A DNA stretch of 45,533 bases from positions 1 through 45,533 of IMG/VR virus record IMGVR_UViG_3300048997_000046. One strand, written 5' to 3'. Shown here one piece after another: positions 16,701 to 26,304 of the stretch. The translations under genes were made by a program, and so were the position numbers. The stretch comes from a virus. Every line of letters begins with the position of its first letter. Position 1 is the stretch's first letter. The notes under the pieces are model-generated. The model had not been told where the DNA came from, did not search any database, and saw only the letters and a program-made list of their open reading frames with translations.

Positions 16701-17946
16701 CGAAGCCATACTGCCGTGCTGTGCCCGGCATGATCTGGTAGCGCCCGATGGCGCCGGCCGGCGAGATCGCATCATCCTTTGAGCCTTCCAGCGCACGGAC
16801 TTTGGGCAACAGGTCTTCGATGCCGGCGTTCGCCAGTGCTGGCTTCTGCTCCTTTGCCTGCCCCGGCTTCGGCGGTTCATCGGCTGCTACGCGGTTCAGG
16901 TGAGGCGTGGATGGGTTGCCCTGAACGTCCTGCGCCAGCACCTCTTGCCGGAACACCGGATCGTTCTGCGCCTTCTTCGTCGTCTCCCAAGGCGGTGTGC
17001 CTGTCCGGCGATAAATCTCCTGAAGATTGGCCTGCACACGCTTTCCGGCTTCGTTGGGCACAAACCTCTGGCCGCCCACGGCGCCGACAACCTTGCCCGC
17101 GCCATGAAAGCCCAGCATGACTGTGGCGCCGATGGCAAAATCATCAGCGTTCGGCACATGGCCTTCGAGGCCTGCGCCTACCGTCGTCGCAGCGACCGCC
17201 TGAGAGGCCATATTAGCCCCTGTGGCGAGCCACGGCTTTGCCCCTGCCGCAAGCACCTTCGACCCGACGGCCCCGCCCAGTGGCGCGGAGACAAGCCCTA
17301 CGACGCCAGCCTTCGCGGTATTGATGGTGGACTTCGTAGCCATCGCCAGAAAGTCGCTGAACGAATGAACCTCGCCGCGCTGGTAGGCGTCGATCATCAC
17401 CTCGCGGAGCGCTTGCGGGAGAGCGTTGGCGCCAAAGCCCGCGCCCGCTACGCCACCGATTGCTTCCGTCGCGCCAGTTTCGCCGCCTACGGGCACGGCA
17501 GCGCCAGCGGCAGTACCGGCACCAGCCCCGCCAACAAACCCCGCCACGGTGGCGGGAAGGTCGCCAACGGCCTGTCCCGTTGCTTCCAGCATCTTGCTGA
17601 GAAGGCCAGCACTCTGCGGCGCTACGGTGTCCGGCAGTTTACCGCGTGACGCGAGGCCGGAAACGGACATTTGCCAGCCCGCTTCCAGCATCTCCAGCGG
17701 GTTCGTCGCCTGATGGATCGCAGCATTGCCGCGGTTCATCGCATCGATCGCATGGGTACTCGGATCGCTATTCCCCCAATAGGCCTCAATCTCATGTTGA
17801 TTGAAGCCGCCAGCCTGTAGCTTTGCTGTCTGCTGCGCACGCCACTGATTTGCTTCATCCGCGGTAAAGCCGCCCGATAATAGTTTCTGATAGGCTTGCG
17901 CGCCTTGCGGAACGACGGGCTGCGGAGCAACGCCGGGGCCGCTCAC
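13753..17946 (-). CDS. Internal virion / ejection protein with an SLT lytic transglycosylase domain, 1397 aa
   Basis: EGS...AIGRYQIMPGTARQYG...AYNAGPGR motif. Size and position match podovirus internal core proteins. Confidence 0.75.
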   Translation of the reverse strand: MSGPGVAPQPVVPQGAQAYQKLLSGGFTADEANQWRAQQTAKLQAGGFNQHEIEAYWGNSDPSTHAIDAMNRGNAAIHQATNPLEMLEAGWQMSVSGLASRGKLPDTVAPQSAGLLSKMLEATGQAVGDLPATVAGFVGGAGAGTAAGAAVPVGGETGATEAIGGVAGAGFGANALPQALREVMIDAYQRGEVHSFSDFLAMATKSTINTAKAGVVGLVSAPLGGAVGSKVLAAGAKPWLATGANMASQAVAATTVGAGLEGHVPNADDFAIGATVMLGFHGAGKVVGAVGGQRFVPNEAGKRVQANLQEIYRRTGTPPWETTKKAQNDPVFRQEVLAQDVQGNPSTPHLNRVAADEPPKPGQAKEQKPALANAGIEDLLPKVRALEGSKDDAISPAGAIGRYQIMPGTARQYGFDPTKLTDPSYNETAARTILTDLYRRFRGDEDAILTAYNAGPGRAAKLLTAGPGTRLEAEQGKHGWEYARVDADRSEAGLPLETQEYLARNRSMGGGTKGPTNGSGGAGGEPPKQISGHAGGDDPFTLDTSMRVSRFKESIGEPSTAHRPALLGLEMELDAARRVDTELKTRGLLDPTTDIGIEDMARSTYASENRADHFFFRGPFDPVTFKEKEGPALKDVADEIKRIGGNQDEFNTYRVALRTIEKAKQGIDTGVFPGGAKEAEANAADPNLKKYAKANDLMQQWKNSVLTYVRDSGGISQKQMDAMIAANTSHVSLRRLMGDDQPFKSGSRKSFRAVNPIARMEGSDKKIIDPWLADIDNARMLIRFADRNRAAGAIVGAQEGIPQSPDVKRLAAPEAKATLAEPGSSVFKPYGLTDKEAKAFEPIIQQGAKGLGKQQFIFYRNGKAEVWQANDENVARLYRAADSPGEATLIDKVVQFPAKIARAGIAGDPTFGPRIALKHQLTAFIADPSHPPPFITMMRGLMDSFGKGDAFWELARTGGLSGSIVDIDRSVLTTDAQKLLEETGVTNRLWNTVRHPLELAQILTDRLAQASRIGYYKNAVGKGAEPMKAAMNARKAYLDYDEKFIANVANTWAKWVPFFKADILGLRQGKGAWAAGRALNTSLYVIMGLAVPQIGLYLANRQADKDLPAGKRYTDLPQWERDNYFITPPIAGQRFRIGKPYVIGPLVGIPLERFIEHEFENNPHAFDHIFRDMSEILPKNLPPVITPIIEGAANYSFFSGKQLIPDSLKDASGDMQYTEATTEPAKALARVLGPHGGVNLADVSPIVVDNYVRGWAGTLGIDVMKALGAPFAVHNKPWEMSDLPFVQSFFVRNPQTGSQPIETFYDDMKTLEEAHANEFLALKRGDPSIMVQDAGKARLYSTLIGMRATLGIQRTAIQAINDDAKMTVDEKRQNTDRIVGEMIGLAQAGSKMIGSTK

Positions 17947-19547
17947 GGTCCACCTGTCCGCTTCAGATAATCGGCTGCGCTTTCGCCCGCATTGCGCTTT
18001 GGCGCATTTACGCTGGGAACAAGGCCGATATTGCCCTGCGCACGATTGGTCAGGTTGTCCAGTGATTCCTTCTGGCCGGTCATGTACGGCACGGCCTGAT
18101 GCCAGAGCGAGTTCTTCGCATCGCGTGATAGCAGATCATGCCACTTGCCGGTCTTGTAGGCAGATTCAAATTCCGTGGTGGCCTGCTGCTCGAACTGGAG
18201 ATATTTCTGATCGCCGGCTGGGTCGTTCTTGCCCATCAGCACATTGGAATTTGTGATGCTGGAGCGGATGCCGCGCATGAAGGACTTGAACTGCTGTTGC
18301 GCCACGCGATAGCCCGGATCATGGGCCAGTGTCGAAATCGCGCCTTTGAAGAAGCCGTAATCCTTGTCGGATAGCTGGCCGTTCGCGCGCGCGGAAATCA
18401 CTTGCTCATCGGTAAGTGCGCGCGGGTCATCTGCGCCCAGTGTCAACCGGCTTTTGAAATCATCGTAGGTGTGCGGATCAGTGATGGCCTTCTTGCCTTC
18501 CTGCTGTTCCTTGAGAACGCGAGCCGCCATGTCGGTAAGTGATCGCACCTCTCCAGCCGTAGCGCCCGGATGGAGCGAAAGCTGCGCAATCATCTGTGGT
18601 GCATTCGGCGGGACAGCCAATGATCCGTCAGGCTGAATGAAGGATGCCGTAAGCGAGGATGACTTCGCCTCGAAATCTTCATGGTTCTGACGGCGCACCT
18701 CTTCAGCCTGCGCTTTCTGCGCCGTGATGGAGGCACGCGACTGTTCATCGGCGTAGTGCTGTGCTTCGCTTTGCTGCTGCCCATCGAGCAGGCCGTCAAA
18801 CTCCCCGGAAGAGATGACAGAGCGCATCGCACTAGCGCCGCCCTTCTCGGCAATCCCGCGCGCTGCCCCCTGGGCAATGCGCTGCTGGCCTTCGCGGATA
18901 TATTCGCTACGGACGGTTGCGGCTTCAGATGGAGACATCCACGGCATGGATGAAACCTGCGCATCCACATAGTCTGCGAGCTGCTTCTGCATCGCTTTGT
19001 GTTGCGTAGGGTCTGCATAGGAAATATCCGAGGCTTTGTTGGCAAAGTTCAGAATGCCGGAATGAACCGCACCTGCCGCGGCACTGGAGGCATCGGCTAC
19101 GCCGATGTTCGTATATTTGCTGGTGGACTCATCTTTCCACGCTGCGGCGGTTCGTGCGCCAATCCGAGTATTGGTGGTTTCACCGAAATCATCCCAAATC
19201 TTCTCGATGCCAGCGCGGTACTTGTCCAGAAGTTGCGGGTCATGCGGATCGGCGCCGGGAACCTGATTGCCGTTTCCGTCCGTGCCGCCGTTAAAGAAAT
19301 TGTTGGTGAAGCGAACAGACTTTGCTTCGCGATCTATGCGGTCTTCCGCAAGCGCTGGCACGTCGTGCATGGCGCCATACGTTTCGCCAGCCTGTTCTAC
19401 GCCCTCTCCGAACTGCTCAAGTCCGGAGCGGATGGAATCCGCATTCTCATGCCCCATGATGCCGATGCGATGCGCAGCGGACGCAAGAGGGCTGGGATCA
19501 ATTCCGCGCTGGGCTTCAGGAGAGACGTATTGCTGGATACGAGGCAT
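17943..19547 (-). CDS. Virion internal protein, 534 aa (function by position)
   Basis: Large ORF coupled (GTGA) to the SLT protein. Confidence 0.6.
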   Translation of the reverse strand: MPRIQQYVSPEAQRGIDPSPLASAAHRIGIMGHENADSIRSGLEQFGEGVEQAGETYGAMHDVPALAEDRIDREAKSVRFTNNFFNGGTDGNGNQVPGADPHDPQLLDKYRAGIEKIWDDFGETTNTRIGARTAAAWKDESTSKYTNIGVADASSAAAGAVHSGILNFANKASDISYADPTQHKAMQKQLADYVDAQVSSMPWMSPSEAATVRSEYIREGQQRIAQGAARGIAEKGGASAMRSVISSGEFDGLLDGQQQSEAQHYADEQSRASITAQKAQAEEVRRQNHEDFEAKSSSLTASFIQPDGSLAVPPNAPQMIAQLSLHPGATAGEVRSLTDMAARVLKEQQEGKKAITDPHTYDDFKSRLTLGADDPRALTDEQVISARANGQLSDKDYGFFKGAISTLAHDPGYRVAQQQFKSFMRGIRSSITNSNVLMGKNDPAGDQKYLQFEQQATTEFESAYKTGKWHDLLSRDAKNSLWHQAVPYMTGQKESLDNLTNRAQGNIGLVPSVNAPKRNAGESAADYLKRTGGP

Positions 19548-20006
19548 CTAGATTCCCAATCCGAACGATCCAAGCCCACCTAAAATTTCGCCAGCGCCAC
19601 CGAGAATGCCGCCCACCTCTGCACCCGTCGCCTGATCTTCCGCAGCCTTCGATTGCGCAAGGTAGCCCTGCTGCTCGATTTCGCCTTGCAAGCCGATCAT
19701 GTTGCGTGTGATGGAGCCTTGGGCCACAGAAGATCGCATGACATCCGCCGCGCTGCCGGAAATCTTGAGTCCAGAGGAAGCAATGTCCGCGCGGCCAGCG
19801 CCGAGCGTCTGGTAAATCTGGCGGTTTGCTGCAAGTTCTTTGATGCCAGTGGAGTATTGCGTCCACTGTGCAGCTTTCTTGTAGTAAGCTGCTTCGGTCC
19901 GGTCCGCCGCCGCAGATTCAAAGCCGGCGAAGATGTCGCCAGCGCCTTTGAAGATGCTGCCTATCCCACCGAAATCATTTTCACCGGAATTGCCGAAGAT
20001 GCTCAT
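19548..20006 (-). CDS. Virion-associated protein, 152 aa, Gly-rich termini
   Basis: ATGA coupling with the upstream 1400-aa gene. Confidence 0.6.
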   Translation of the reverse strand: MSIFGNSGENDFGGIGSIFKGAGDIFAGFESAAADRTEAAYYKKAAQWTQYSTGIKELAANRQIYQTLGAGRADIASSGLKISGSAADVMRSSVAQGSITRNMIGLQGEIEQQGYLAQSKAAEDQATGAEVGGILGGAGEILGGLGSFGLGI

Positions 20007-23000
20007 TCGTCTTTCGCCTCAATAAATCCTGCAATCGCCGTCACTGTGACCGGCCACGGACGCGTCACCTCCCAACAGAGGCGGGAGTCCGTGCCATCCG
20101 TATCATCGATGCTGATATCCTTCGCCGCGACCGTTCCGGTGAACAGCGTAGGAGCTGCAAAGTCCGTCCCGTTCGGCTGCTTCAGTGGCACGGGATACAG
20201 CCGGTCGAAATCCACGCCGATGCTCAGACCAAACGATTTCACCAGCGCGATTGCAGCCTTGTGAATGCGCCGCATCTTGCCGAATGCCGGTCCTGCCTGT
20301 GCGCCTGCGTCCGGGCCGAAATCCGGCCGCAGCAACTGCCCGCGCGAGGTGTAGGTAAACCCGACGCCCCCGAAGAAATCATATTCCGTCGTTTCGGTGC
20401 TGGGAGGCAAATCACTTGCGCTGTAGATCGCCAACAGCCGCGTGGTGACGGTCGAGTGCCCGCTGAAATAGCTGCCAATCAAGGTCGGTGTCGGCCCCGT
20501 GCTGTGCGTGTAACTGCCGATGAGATAGATCGCGCCGGAATTACAGTCGAACACCTGAATGCTGTTGACGTTGATGGTCAGACCAGCATTCCATGCCGTG
20601 ATGGTTTGCGAACCATCCGACAGATCAATGGTGATGACGTTGGGCGCATCGAAAATCTGCAAGGTGCCGCTGATGAAGCAGCGCGAAAGATCGCAACCGT
20701 GCAGTCCAGAAAGGACACTGGCCCACATCACCGCGCCGGAGACGCGGTTCACCTTCACCAGATAGGCGTTGTGGGTGACGGTATCGGCAGTCTGCACCCA
20801 AAAGAGCAGGTTGCCATCCGCCGCGTCAAATCCAAGGCCTGATGCGGCTGAGGTATGACTCCATGCCGGGTCAATATCTGCGCCATGCAGCGAGCAGATG
20901 TGGCGCAAGGTCGCTTCTGGCGCCCAACCTTCATAGAGGTCAATCGGGCTTGTGGAATTGCCCGAATAGTCCGGCGCACCCATCGCGTAATAGTCGCCGC
21001 GGCCCCGCAATCCTTCGCAAACAAAAACCTGCCCATCCGTCGCAACAATATCGGAAAGCGTAACCTTTGTGACGTACACCATCACATCGGGAGTGTCGCT
21101 GTTCGACAAATCCCATACCGCGACTTCGGTACCAGCCAGCGAACCCGTGACAAGATAATTGTGCGTGCCCTTTACCACAGGCGAGAGAGTGCCGGGGCAT
21201 TGAACATTGGTCGGGCTGGAATTGAACCCGCTATTTGCGGTGCCGGTTGTGCCCAATAGCGTTTGATCGCTGAGGCGGACGCACGCCATTTTGACGCTGT
21301 TGGTAATCCCGTCGCAGGCGCCGTAATAGTTTCCATTTGGGTGAATGCACGCAGCAACAGTGTTGACGAAGATATTGGCCGGACCTACACCGAACACGGC
21401 GGAGTTGATGGCTTCCGCCACCTCATCGCCGGTCGTGTTCTTGTTGAACACCTGAATGCCGCCGGTATCGTCGCCGCCATCATCCTGCGTTTCCGCAATC
21501 AGTGCGAGCGTGGCATCGACGAACCAATTGCCTGCGCTTGTGTCGTATAGCACGGGCGTTCCAGCTGCGACAAAGGCTTCGAGTGAGCCAAGATTTGGAT
21601 TGACGACGGGCGTACTATCCGTTGTTGTCGTGCTGGTGCCGGTCAGATCGCAGGTGCCGAGATTCTGGAAATAATCCCATGTGAAGGTGCCGGAAAACGC
21701 AATGTCGATATAGCCATCCGTCACCGTAAAATCGCCAAGGTCCAGTCCGCCGATGAAAGCCGAAACCGTCTTGCCGTTCAGGTGCCAGTAGCCATAGAGA
21801 CGAATGCCAGTTGGTGTATCGCCGCCGGTGAGAATAGAGGTGTTTGCCGGAACCGCCGAGCCGTCGATGAAAAACGCATCGCAATCGTCGGAGCAATCGT
21901 CGAACTCCGGCGACAGCATTTCCACCCAGCGCACGCCAAAATCATCGTCGTCCACGTCCGGCTGATTGGTGACGGCATAGAGCGTTTCACCCAAGCCGGT
22001 ATCGGTTGGCGTGCTGCTTACAGCAATGCTTTCGAAGGTGCGACTATCGCCATGCTCATGCCGGTGCCAGCCGTTGAAGGATTCCTTGCCGTAGGCCGCG
22101 TGCCGAAACACGGAACCTACCAGCGTGCCATCGTTTCGGCGCACCCACAAATTCCATGACGGCGTTTGCTGATAGCGGATTTCCGCGACACCGCCGCAAA
22201 CCAGCGTCCCCGCCAGATGCTCCAGATTGTCGGCAAACCAGCCGGCCGCTTCACCGTAGGGATAATTCGCAATGTCGAGAATACGTCGCCCCTGCCGCTG
22301 TACGAACGCGATTGTGCGGAGACACATCTGCGGCTCGATGTCGGCGCAGCCATAAGCCGTGACGCGGCGCATCTGCATGGAGGACGGCGAAATCGGGTCG
22401 TTCAGAGCGGACGCCTGTACCAGCCACTCGCCCGCCAGCGAACCCATGAGGATTCCGTTGTCGCCCGAGAGCATCCAGAAGAACTGATTGAGTTCGGTGG
22501 CGTTGGCTGTTGCAGCGATCGCATTATCATCCGCGACCGTGCCGTCCGTGTCCGTGGGCGTGAAATCGAAATGCTTGTCGGATTTGGAGGCGTCCACGCG
22601 GTTGCTCGCCGCGCCGGAGAGCCACAAGCGGCCCTCATGGTACGTGCCGCACGCCGGATGCCCAGTCGTGTCGCTGAACGCGCCCAGCCGCCATGCGGTT
22701 GTCGCCGAGAAATCCCCCACCAGGTTCAGCCCAACGGCTGGGCTATAATCCATAGTCCGGCTATCGGACAGGCCATTGATGGTCGTCCATGAAGCGCTCT
22801 GTCCATCGACATCGGTGAACACCATCGTCGAGGTGCGGTCGTCGGGATCGTTCAGAATGCCGCGCACCGTGTAGATGCCGGAAATGTCGCCACCTGGAGG
22901 ATCTGTGAACGTGCCATTGGTGATTGCTACCTGCTGCCCAGCGGCGAAGTATTGCGTGAAGTCGATAGCCGGATACTGCGCTTGCAGGCCGGGAAAGCCG

Positions 23001-24205
23001 CCAACCGTCCACAGGGCGCGGATGTTCACATTGCCTTCGACGGCAGCGAATGCTCCGGCCCCGCGCAGATCGCTTTGGAGCGTTGCCGTGACATGCGTGG
23101 TATCGGTGACGACCGTGATTTTCAGCCAGACCCAATTCACCTTCGCGGTGGACAGCACCCAATGCGTGCCATCGTCGAGTGTTGGATCGACGCCGGTCAG
23201 CCCGCCTTGCGAAGAATAGATATTGCCGTCCGAACCTGTGACCTGATCGCCTTTGACGTACGCAGTCAGCTTGTCCCACATCTGCGGCCCGCCCTGAAAA
23301 CGAATGAGGCGGTTCACATCGGTTGCGAGAAAGCCCTGCCCGTCATTGATCGCATCGGTATCGGACGCCGTGACGGTGATGCTGCCGGTATCGCCGGAAA
23401 GCGTCAGCGTGGTTTGCGAAACCAGCGGGTCTTGGATGTCGAGATATGGCCCGTCCGTGAACTCCTGAATGGAGATCGCGAAGGGCTGCGGAGCCACACC
23501 GACCGAGAGAACGCGCGGCTCATAATCGGAATGCAGAATGAGAACGGTCGAGTCGTCACTGACAATGCGCAGGGCTTCCAGATCGTCCGGCCCGTACGGA
23601 GTCGCCAGCTCGAAAATCTTGAACACTTTGTCGAGCGTGGCGCCCGCCACATACGCAATCGTGCTGCCGTCGATGCTCGCGTCCGTAATCGGGTCCAGCA
23701 AGGTGAACGAATTGCCGGTGATCGTGCCGATGGTGAACTGGCGATTGGTGAGAATGGGCGCCGAGGATGGAATCGCCACCAGATCGAACATGATGGTGTC
23801 GCCGTCCGCCCAATTCGCCGGAATCGTATCGGCCAGAAACACAACGGCCGGCGTAGCAGTCGAAATACCGGAGACATGAATATCGCCGTCCGCCACCCGA
23901 ACGAGGGACCCGCCTTGGCGAAGCCGGATCGTGCCGTCATCTTCGCCCGTGCCGCCGGTGAACTCCGCGACATACGGCGCATCAATCTGGAAATCGAAGG
24001 TGCGGAGAACCGCAAAGCGGCCCTTCTTGGTGTGCTGCGCGTATACGAAACCGCTGCGCCGCGTCCACGGACCTTCCTCAGTCGGATAGGCGTTCAGGCA
24101 TTCGGAGAGCGCGGTTTTCCATGCAGGGTCCGTCATCCGGCCTTGCGATGCCGGGGACCAAAAGCCGCCGAGAAACGAGCTTTGGAGAAAGGCGGTGTTC
24201 GCCAT
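20003..24205 (-). CDS. Large tail structural protein, tail tubular B-like N-terminus, 1400 aa
   Basis: The N-terminus FLQSSFLGGFWSPASQGR...TRRSGF resembles podoviral tubular protein B starts. It follows the adaptor-like gene. Confidence 0.55.
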   Translation of the reverse strand: MANTAFLQSSFLGGFWSPASQGRMTDPAWKTALSECLNAYPTEEGPWTRRSGFVYAQHTKKGRFAVLRTFDFQIDAPYVAEFTGGTGEDDGTIRLRQGGSLVRVADGDIHVSGISTATPAVVFLADTIPANWADGDTIMFDLVAIPSSAPILTNRQFTIGTITGNSFTLLDPITDASIDGSTIAYVAGATLDKVFKIFELATPYGPDDLEALRIVSDDSTVLILHSDYEPRVLSVGVAPQPFAISIQEFTDGPYLDIQDPLVSQTTLTLSGDTGSITVTASDTDAINDGQGFLATDVNRLIRFQGGPQMWDKLTAYVKGDQVTGSDGNIYSSQGGLTGVDPTLDDGTHWVLSTAKVNWVWLKITVVTDTTHVTATLQSDLRGAGAFAAVEGNVNIRALWTVGGFPGLQAQYPAIDFTQYFAAGQQVAITNGTFTDPPGGDISGIYTVRGILNDPDDRTSTMVFTDVDGQSASWTTINGLSDSRTMDYSPAVGLNLVGDFSATTAWRLGAFSDTTGHPACGTYHEGRLWLSGAASNRVDASKSDKHFDFTPTDTDGTVADDNAIAATANATELNQFFWMLSGDNGILMGSLAGEWLVQASALNDPISPSSMQMRRVTAYGCADIEPQMCLRTIAFVQRQGRRILDIANYPYGEAAGWFADNLEHLAGTLVCGGVAEIRYQQTPSWNLWVRRNDGTLVGSVFRHAAYGKESFNGWHRHEHGDSRTFESIAVSSTPTDTGLGETLYAVTNQPDVDDDDFGVRWVEMLSPEFDDCSDDCDAFFIDGSAVPANTSILTGGDTPTGIRLYGYWHLNGKTVSAFIGGLDLGDFTVTDGYIDIAFSGTFTWDYFQNLGTCDLTGTSTTTTDSTPVVNPNLGSLEAFVAAGTPVLYDTSAGNWFVDATLALIAETQDDGGDDTGGIQVFNKNTTGDEVAEAINSAVFGVGPANIFVNTVAACIHPNGNYYGACDGITNSVKMACVRLSDQTLLGTTGTANSGFNSSPTNVQCPGTLSPVVKGTHNYLVTGSLAGTEVAVWDLSNSDTPDVMVYVTKVTLSDIVATDGQVFVCEGLRGRGDYYAMGAPDYSGNSTSPIDLYEGWAPEATLRHICSLHGADIDPAWSHTSAASGLGFDAADGNLLFWVQTADTVTHNAYLVKVNRVSGAVMWASVLSGLHGCDLSRCFISGTLQIFDAPNVITIDLSDGSQTITAWNAGLTINVNSIQVFDCNSGAIYLIGSYTHSTGPTPTLIGSYFSGHSTVTTRLLAIYSASDLPPSTETTEYDFFGGVGFTYTSRGQLLRPDFGPDAGAQAGPAFGKMRRIHKAAIALVKSFGLSIGVDFDRLYPVPLKQPNGTDFAAPTLFTGTVAAKDISIDDTDGTDSRLCWEVTRPWPVTVTAIAGFIEAKDE

Positions 24206-24208
24206 CGG

Positions 24209-25360
24209 CTACACCCTGCACGCGATATAATCGTCCAGCGGCGGCTCAGTAGGGTCGGTTTCGATCCCGTTGACGGCAATCGCTTCTGTCTGAAGCATCT
24301 TGTACATCGACGCGATGGTCTTCAGTTTCGTCGTCGATTGCGTCAGCCGTTCGCACACTTCCATGGCGATGCGGCAAGCGAAGTATTCGCAGAACAGCGG
24401 GTCCATTTGCAGCACGTCCGACACGTCGGCCGCAAAGCGGAAGATCACCGGCCCCGGAAAGCTGGAGGTGAAGTAGTTGCCTTCGAACTCCCAATCGGTA
24501 TCCAGCAGGTTCGACGGCGCACCCAGCACGGAATACTCGCCCGCCTTTGGAGATCGCGGAGCCTTGCGCAGGAACCCGTTCGGCAGCCGGAACACATTAC
24601 GGGTCGAGGAATCATTGAACGGTCCGCTGCCCAGCGGATATATCAGGTTCGGCAGGATGAGCGTCGGCGCCGCCGTCAGCGTCCGCCACTTGGCCGTAGG
24701 CGGCGTGTCCTGATTTCCACTTTGCAGAGAGAGATACGTCGTGACGCCGATGAAGACGAGTTCGCCGGCAAAGAACGATGTCGCCGTGGCCGCCGTCACA
24801 TCATCGGAGTCTGCCGTGCTGGCGATTTCCCAATGCACATTGCTGTCGCCAACCGGATTGTGGTTCGTGTTCGCGGCGGCCAGCGAAACGTACACGCTAC
24901 CATCCGAGCCAACGGCATGATCGCCCAAGGCGTAGGTGAAACCTGAGCCCCATGTTGTGACGCATTCCTGCGCGGTGAGAGGGCCGAAATAGTTGGTCCA
25001 GAAGCCGCTTGTGCTGGTGGGATCGTGCGCGATATTCGAGGCCGTCAGCGAGTAATACACCTCGCCATCAGAGCCGATCACAACGTCATTGAAATTGTAT
25101 GTCGTGCCACTCGCCCATGTGGCGAAGGTCACGAATTTGCTGGCGTTGAAGGTGCCGATGGGCCGGAGCGCGGCCTTGCGGATGGTGTAGCGCCACACGG
25201 CACGCCGCTGTTCCGCCACCCGCAGCTTGTCGTAGCAGGAGCGGATTTCGAGCGCGTTTGTGCTGTTCTCTGTCGCCAGCAGGCCGGCAGCAATCTGACG
25301 AACGCCACAGTGTTGCAGCGCCCTGTTTGCGATGTCGGTTGGATTCTGGAAGACGGTCAC
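24209..25360 (-). CDS. Tail tubular A / adaptor-like protein, 383 aa
   Basis: The N-terminal IANRALQHCG...YDKLR...WRY pattern and its position upstream of the tubular B-like gene. Confidence 0.45.
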   Translation of the reverse strand: MTVFQNPTDIANRALQHCGVRQIAAGLLATENSTNALEIRSCYDKLRVAEQRRAVWRYTIRKAALRPIGTFNASKFVTFATWASGTTYNFNDVVIGSDGEVYYSLTASNIAHDPTSTSGFWTNYFGPLTAQECVTTWGSGFTYALGDHAVGSDGSVYVSLAAANTNHNPVGDSNVHWEIASTADSDDVTAATATSFFAGELVFIGVTTYLSLQSGNQDTPPTAKWRTLTAAPTLILPNLIYPLGSGPFNDSSTRNVFRLPNGFLRKAPRSPKAGEYSVLGAPSNLLDTDWEFEGNYFTSSFPGPVIFRFAADVSDVLQMDPLFCEYFACRIAMEVCERLTQSTTKLKTIASMYKMLQTEAIAVNGIETDPTEPPLDDYIACRV

Positions 25361-25381
25361 GGGTTAGGGCCTCCTAACCCG

Positions 25382-25711
25382 TCAAGCGAGCGGAACCCGC
25401 GCTATGACCGCATACACCGCCGTGGCGGATGCAACGGCGAATTGGTACGAGCCCGGCGGCAGATCGAGCAGCTTTGCGCCGTTCGCTGCAAACGTGCCGA
25501 CGATCAAATCCTCTTCCGTGCCACCGGTGCCGTCCGGTTTATCGAAGGACCGCTTGATGTCGAGATAGGTTGACCCATCTCCGCCAAGCACCTGAAGCTT
25601 CACGGTTCCGAAGTTCGATGCCACCACAGTTGCCAGATAGCGCCCACCTTCCACCAGCACGAATTGCTGGGTGGCCGCGACATTGGAGAACTGGACTGCC
25701 TCGTGATGCAC
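25382..25711 (-). CDS. Virion module protein, 109 aa
   Basis: GTG 25711 preceded by GGAGGCGAC. The longer ORF extension overlaps the upstream gene. Confidence 0.5.
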   Translation of the reverse strand: MHHEAVQFSNVAATQQFVLVEGGRYLATVVASNFGTVKLQVLGGDGSTYLDIKRSFDKPDGTGGTEEDLIVGTFAANGAKLLDLPPGSYQFAVASATAVYAVIARVPLA

Positions 25712-25719
25712 GTCGCCTC

Positions 25720-25920
25720 CTACAGCGTATAAACGCTGGTGCGGCCGTCGTTCAGATATTCGATCAAGCGAGTCACGGCGCGATCCGCTTCCGCGCGCGT
25801 CCAACCCACGCCCGTATCGATGCGCAGCTCAATATCCGTCGATCCCGTGCTGGCGCCCTCGGTGATGTTGTCCGGATTGTCAGCCGCGCCGCGATTCACG
25901 CCGATGAAAATGTTTGCCAC
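25720..25920 (-). CDS. Virion module protein, 66 aa
   Basis: ORF track; compact packing in the head-tail region. Confidence 0.5.
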   Translation of the reverse strand: MANIFIGVNRGAADNPDNITEGASTGSTDIELRIDTGVGWTRAEADRAVTRLIEYLNDGRTSVYTL

Positions 25921-25929
25921 TGTTTTCTC

Positions 25930-26292
25930 CTACGGAGTGAGCCCGCCCAAACCACCTTCGACCGCCTTCACAATTTGCTTCAGCGCCGATACGAACTGGC
26001 GACGAGTCGTCACTGACGACTTGTCGAACGACACCGTGACGTCTCCCGTCAGTTCTGCCGTCTGGTATGCGGTCAGTGCGGCCTTGTACGCAGTCCAATC
26101 GGTATTCAGCGTGTTCACATGGCCCTGTGTCGGGATTGCGCCGTCAGCAACCAGTGTGGCGATGTCGGTATTCACCGTCGTTGTCGCCGGAAGCGTTCCG
26201 ATGGGATCGCCCGGAGCCGACAGAGAAACCGAAAGCGGGATGCCGTTGGCGTCGTTCAAGCCGAGCGTTGCGATGACCTGTACGACCGCCAT
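25930..26292 (-). CDS. Virion module protein, 120 aa
   Basis: ORF track. Confidence 0.55.
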   Translation of the reverse strand: MAVVQVIATLGLNDANGIPLSVSLSAPGDPIGTLPATTTVNTDIATLVADGAIPTQGHVNTLNTDWTAYKAALTAYQTAELTGDVTVSFDKSSVTTRRQFVSALKQIVKAVEGGLGGLTP

Positions 26293-26304
26293 GTGCGCTC
26301 ACAC

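Noticed and set aside
22952-24946. 664-aa plus-strand ORF. Similar long antisense ORFs occur at 13747..14700, 9260..10255, 40922..41896, 32640..33356 and 30260..31066.
   Set aside because: They lie antisense to genes with clear identities (tail protein, SLT protein, integrase, methylase/DnaA-IV, TerL, portal). They are Arg/Gly/Pro-rich with no motifs and no RBS. These are typical shadow ORFs of GC-rich DNA.
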